Of a stretch of DNA of 64,000 bases, positions 60,986-64,000 are shown piece after piece. The stretch comes from Amoebidium appalachense (lineage: Eukaryota > Protista > Ichthyosporea). The stretch spans positions 12,798,161 to 12,862,160 of the forward strand of contig CAVNZM010000001.1 of the NCBI GenBank assembly GCA_963693365.1, written 5' to 3'. Each line of letters opens with the position of its first letter. Position 1 is the first letter of the stretch. The notes below the pieces were generated by a model, which had not been told where the DNA came from, did no database searches, and worked only from the letters and a program-made list of their open reading frames with translations. A program made the position numbers and the translations under genes.

Positions 60986-62339
60986 CAGCGGGCCAGAGAG
61001 AGGACACGGTGGGAGGGGTGGGGGCCTGCAGGGCAATCTATGTGGATGTATGCTATGTCGGGTTGATGTGAGGGGGCATAACACGTGCAAGACAGTGATT
61101 ATATGTAACATACTTGTGAAGGACTAGTGTATATGCGTACAGTACACACACCATGCAATATAGATCAAAGTGAAAATAACACATCTTCTATTAGTAAGGA
61201 TTTTGAAACAACAGCATATCATTCATATACATTCAATTAATTTACGTATGTACGTGCGCCACCAGGCACATGAATGTGTGCAAACAAGTGAGCGCAGCAC
61301 TGTGCTACAATACATTGCCTTTGAGGGTAGGCTGACCACACCTCTGCGTGTGCATGGGTTTCCCTAATTGGGTCCCCCACCTTTATCCCCAGTGCTTTTA
61401 GATGCCATACGGTAACTTTCGAAGTTATCACACTTTGCGCCGGCAGGCAACGGCATGCACTGACTAGTATAAAGATTGCTTTCAAAGAGAAGAGCTCCCC
61501 CAGGTAATTTGTTCCCGTGGGTACGTGTATTTGTTGATGGTTGCTATGAGCCATGTTAAGTTAAGGTCAGAAGCGCGGTTAGAGGACAAAAAGCCGCCGA
61601 CGGTGGACGCCAAACCTGTTGCTCTCATAATCTTTTACACCATATTCTTGGTGCGCTGTGCATTTAAAGTGGTGGATTTAATTTTTTCATGGTAAATGTC
61701 AACTTCCTCAACTATTTTAAAGGCACAATATCAAGCATGTTCTCTGTCGCTGGAAGGTGGGTAACTTTGAAGGACACCCACACTAATTGAGTAATTCCGT
61801 GGATAGGTGACGGGTAACTTTACGCACCCTCCCGGCACTGGGGCTAAGCACGCAGCCTGGTCGAGAGGCCTATGTGGGTGGGAGGGCTGTGTGCTGTGGG
61901 CCCACGCTGCTGGCTGCCTGTGGGTGCCTGCCAGTCGTGCTGCTCTGCCACATTGGCCAGGCCCATGGCCTGCACGTGCCATGCTGGGCCCTTCCCCGTG
62001 GCCCAGCCATTGCTCCAATTCTGCGGCCATATTGCAACAGGTGTACAGAGCCCCATGGTTGGGTCGAGCCACCACTGCAGCACACACACATATACACACA
62101 CACTCACTCACTCACTCACACACACATCATGTACCACAAAACACGCACACAATATGTGGCCCATGTAGTCTGCATAGGAAGGCACTTGCAAGGGCCATGT
62201 GGCTGTGGCTATCTCAACAAGGGGCACGGGGTGTGCCTGGGTCAACATGACACGTGTCTACGTGTGCCACCAATGTTATGGCTGTGGCTGCATGTAACTT
62301 ATTAGTGTGGGGGTGGGCCACACTTGCACGGGTGCTCGT

Positions 62340-64000
62340 TTACTGGGGCTTGGGCCATGGGCCCTGCAGGCCATATTGCATGGCCCCATGGGCATCCCCT
62401 GCAGCCTGGACCTCATGTAGCATGGTGGCCAGCAGGCAGTCCAACAGGTCCTGCTTGGGCCTCAATAGTCGCAGCCAGTGGCTGTTGACGGCCTCGGTCT
62501 CCAGCGCACAGCCCATGCCCTCAGCCGCCTGCAGGTGGCCCTGTGCCGCCATGCTGCTGGCCCGCTGCAACATGGGCCACTTAGCACGTGCATGGCCCAA
62601 GGCCCCCCACAGCCCACCACCCACCCACCTCCTGCTGTGCCCTCTCTCGGTCCCGTTCGGCCCACGATAGGCTCTTGAACCTGTTCGCATATTATCCCTT
62701 AATTTACCCCCCCCCCCCCCCCCCCCCGGGGAAAAACCCCGCGTACCACTGCGCATACTCTCCCGTGTCCACCCGCACCCCCTGTACGGCCCTGATGCAG
62801 GCCCAATCTGCCGCTGCCCGCCCGTATGCCTTTAATCACGTTAGCCAACAGCCCCCCCCCCCCCCCCCCCCTCCCACCCACCTGCAGTAGCTCAGCCAGG
62901 CCGTCCCTGTCCTGTGGCTGCACGTGCACCTGTGCCTGTGCCGGCAGTGGTGGGGGGCTGGGCAGGTCGGGCTCTGCTGGCGGCTGGCCTGGGGGGCCCG
63001 GGGCCACGGGGCTGCCGACAAACACAGGGGGGATGGGTGGCCGAGGGGGGTTGCGGGGGCTGGGTGCCCGGGCAGGAGAGGTGGAGGGGGGCACGGCAGT
63101 GCAGCCGGGAACATGATCCGAGTGGCCCAGATATCTGCTCCCAGCCAGTCTCAGTTCCATCATCCTCCCTCTCTTCCCTCCGCCCCCCCCCCCCCCTCCC
63201 CCCCCCCCACCACCACCCCTTCCCCCCCCCCCCTCCCCCCCCTTTCCCCCCGCACCTCCTCCCCCCCCCCCCCCCCCCCCCGACTTTCTCTCCCCTCTCA
63301 CATAAGGTGCCGGGTGGTCACCTTTCATCCAGGGGCAGCAGCTGCAGGCGGGCCTGCAGCAGGGCCATTGCCGTGTGCTGGGTGTGCTTCTGGTAGTGCA
63401 GCACTAGGTACTGCTGCTTCATCTTGGCCAGCTGGGAACACCACAGAACCTCAGCCACAACACCCCCCTCCCCACCCTTCCTCCCCCCCCCCCCCTCTCC
63501 CCCCCGCCCCAGTGCACGCACCTCGAAGGACGTGGGCTCGTCTGCCGGCTGTGTGGTGTCCACGGCGGCCCTGACTGCCTCTCTGAGCTCCAGCATACCC
63601 ACCACCTGCGCCCAGGCCTTGTTGCGCTGCTCACGCTGCCGCTGCACAAGAGGTCAGCACTGGCTGGGGCCCCTTAACCCTCAGTGGGACCCCTCAACCC
63701 TTTGTTTCTTAACCCTCACTGGGGGGTACCTTGAGGGCGTTCTGCAGGGCCAGTATGCGGCGGCGCAGCTGCAGCTCGTCGTGTGGCTGCTGGCTGGTGG
63801 CTGCTGGCTGGCTGGCGGCCTGCAGCAGCTGCAGCTTTGCCTCCTGCACCTGCGCCTGGCTGGTGGCCACGTGGTCCTGGGTTTCCGCTATGTGCCCGTC
63901 CATGTCCAGCAGCAGCTCCTGCAGGATAATACGCCCCAGCCCTGCCGTGCTGCTGGCATCCTGCAGGTGTGGGATAAACTGGTCCCGTATGCTCCTGCAA
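62340..64000 (-). CDS. Uncharacterised coiled-coil and proline-rich protein, 3' part; 5' end beyond window
   Basis: Phase-compatible GT-AG exons with branch motifs: ELLLDMDGH..LQNALK, RQREQRNK..SFE, LAKMKQQY..LDE, a Pro-rich exon, and a last exon ending KPQ* at 62340. No family recognised. Confidence 0.55.

Noticed and set aside
62790-62850. LLANVIKGIRAG as a WH2 actin-binding motif
   Set aside because: It spans a branch point and acceptor (GCTAAC..AAG), so it is partly intronic and out of frame with the spliced exon.

Overview
Eukaryotic genomic DNA, probably opisthokont-like (not assignable further), with GC-rich exons and introns filled with (TG/CA)n, poly-G/poly-C and short minisatellites. 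Most ORFs in the six-frame track are microsatellite artefacts. Manual splicing gives eight intron-rich genes: USP7 (-, runs off the left edge), ZIP9/SLC39A9 (+), a ~1580-aa PP2C/PPM phosphatase with putative chromatin modules (-), HRD1/SYVN1 (+), a PHACTR/Bni4-like PP1-binding protein (-), SUDS3/BRMS1-like (-, with a U12 AT-AC intron), COQ9 (+) and an unidentified coiled-coil protein (-, runs off the right edge). A ~22-kb nested transposon island (about 36-57.8 kb) lies between the divergent SUDS3-like and COQ9 genes. It contains a DIRS-type RT relic, a chromovirus 3' end with its LTR, two opposed copies of one APE-LINE family, an RNase H-bearing LINE with a 15-bp TSD, a three-LTR RT-less Ty3/gypsy element with a single 5-bp TSD, and hAT-like TIRs enclosing 11.35 kb. 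A TTAA-flanked piggyBac-like MITE sits in a PP2C intron. All domain calls come from motif recognition by eye; no database searches were run.
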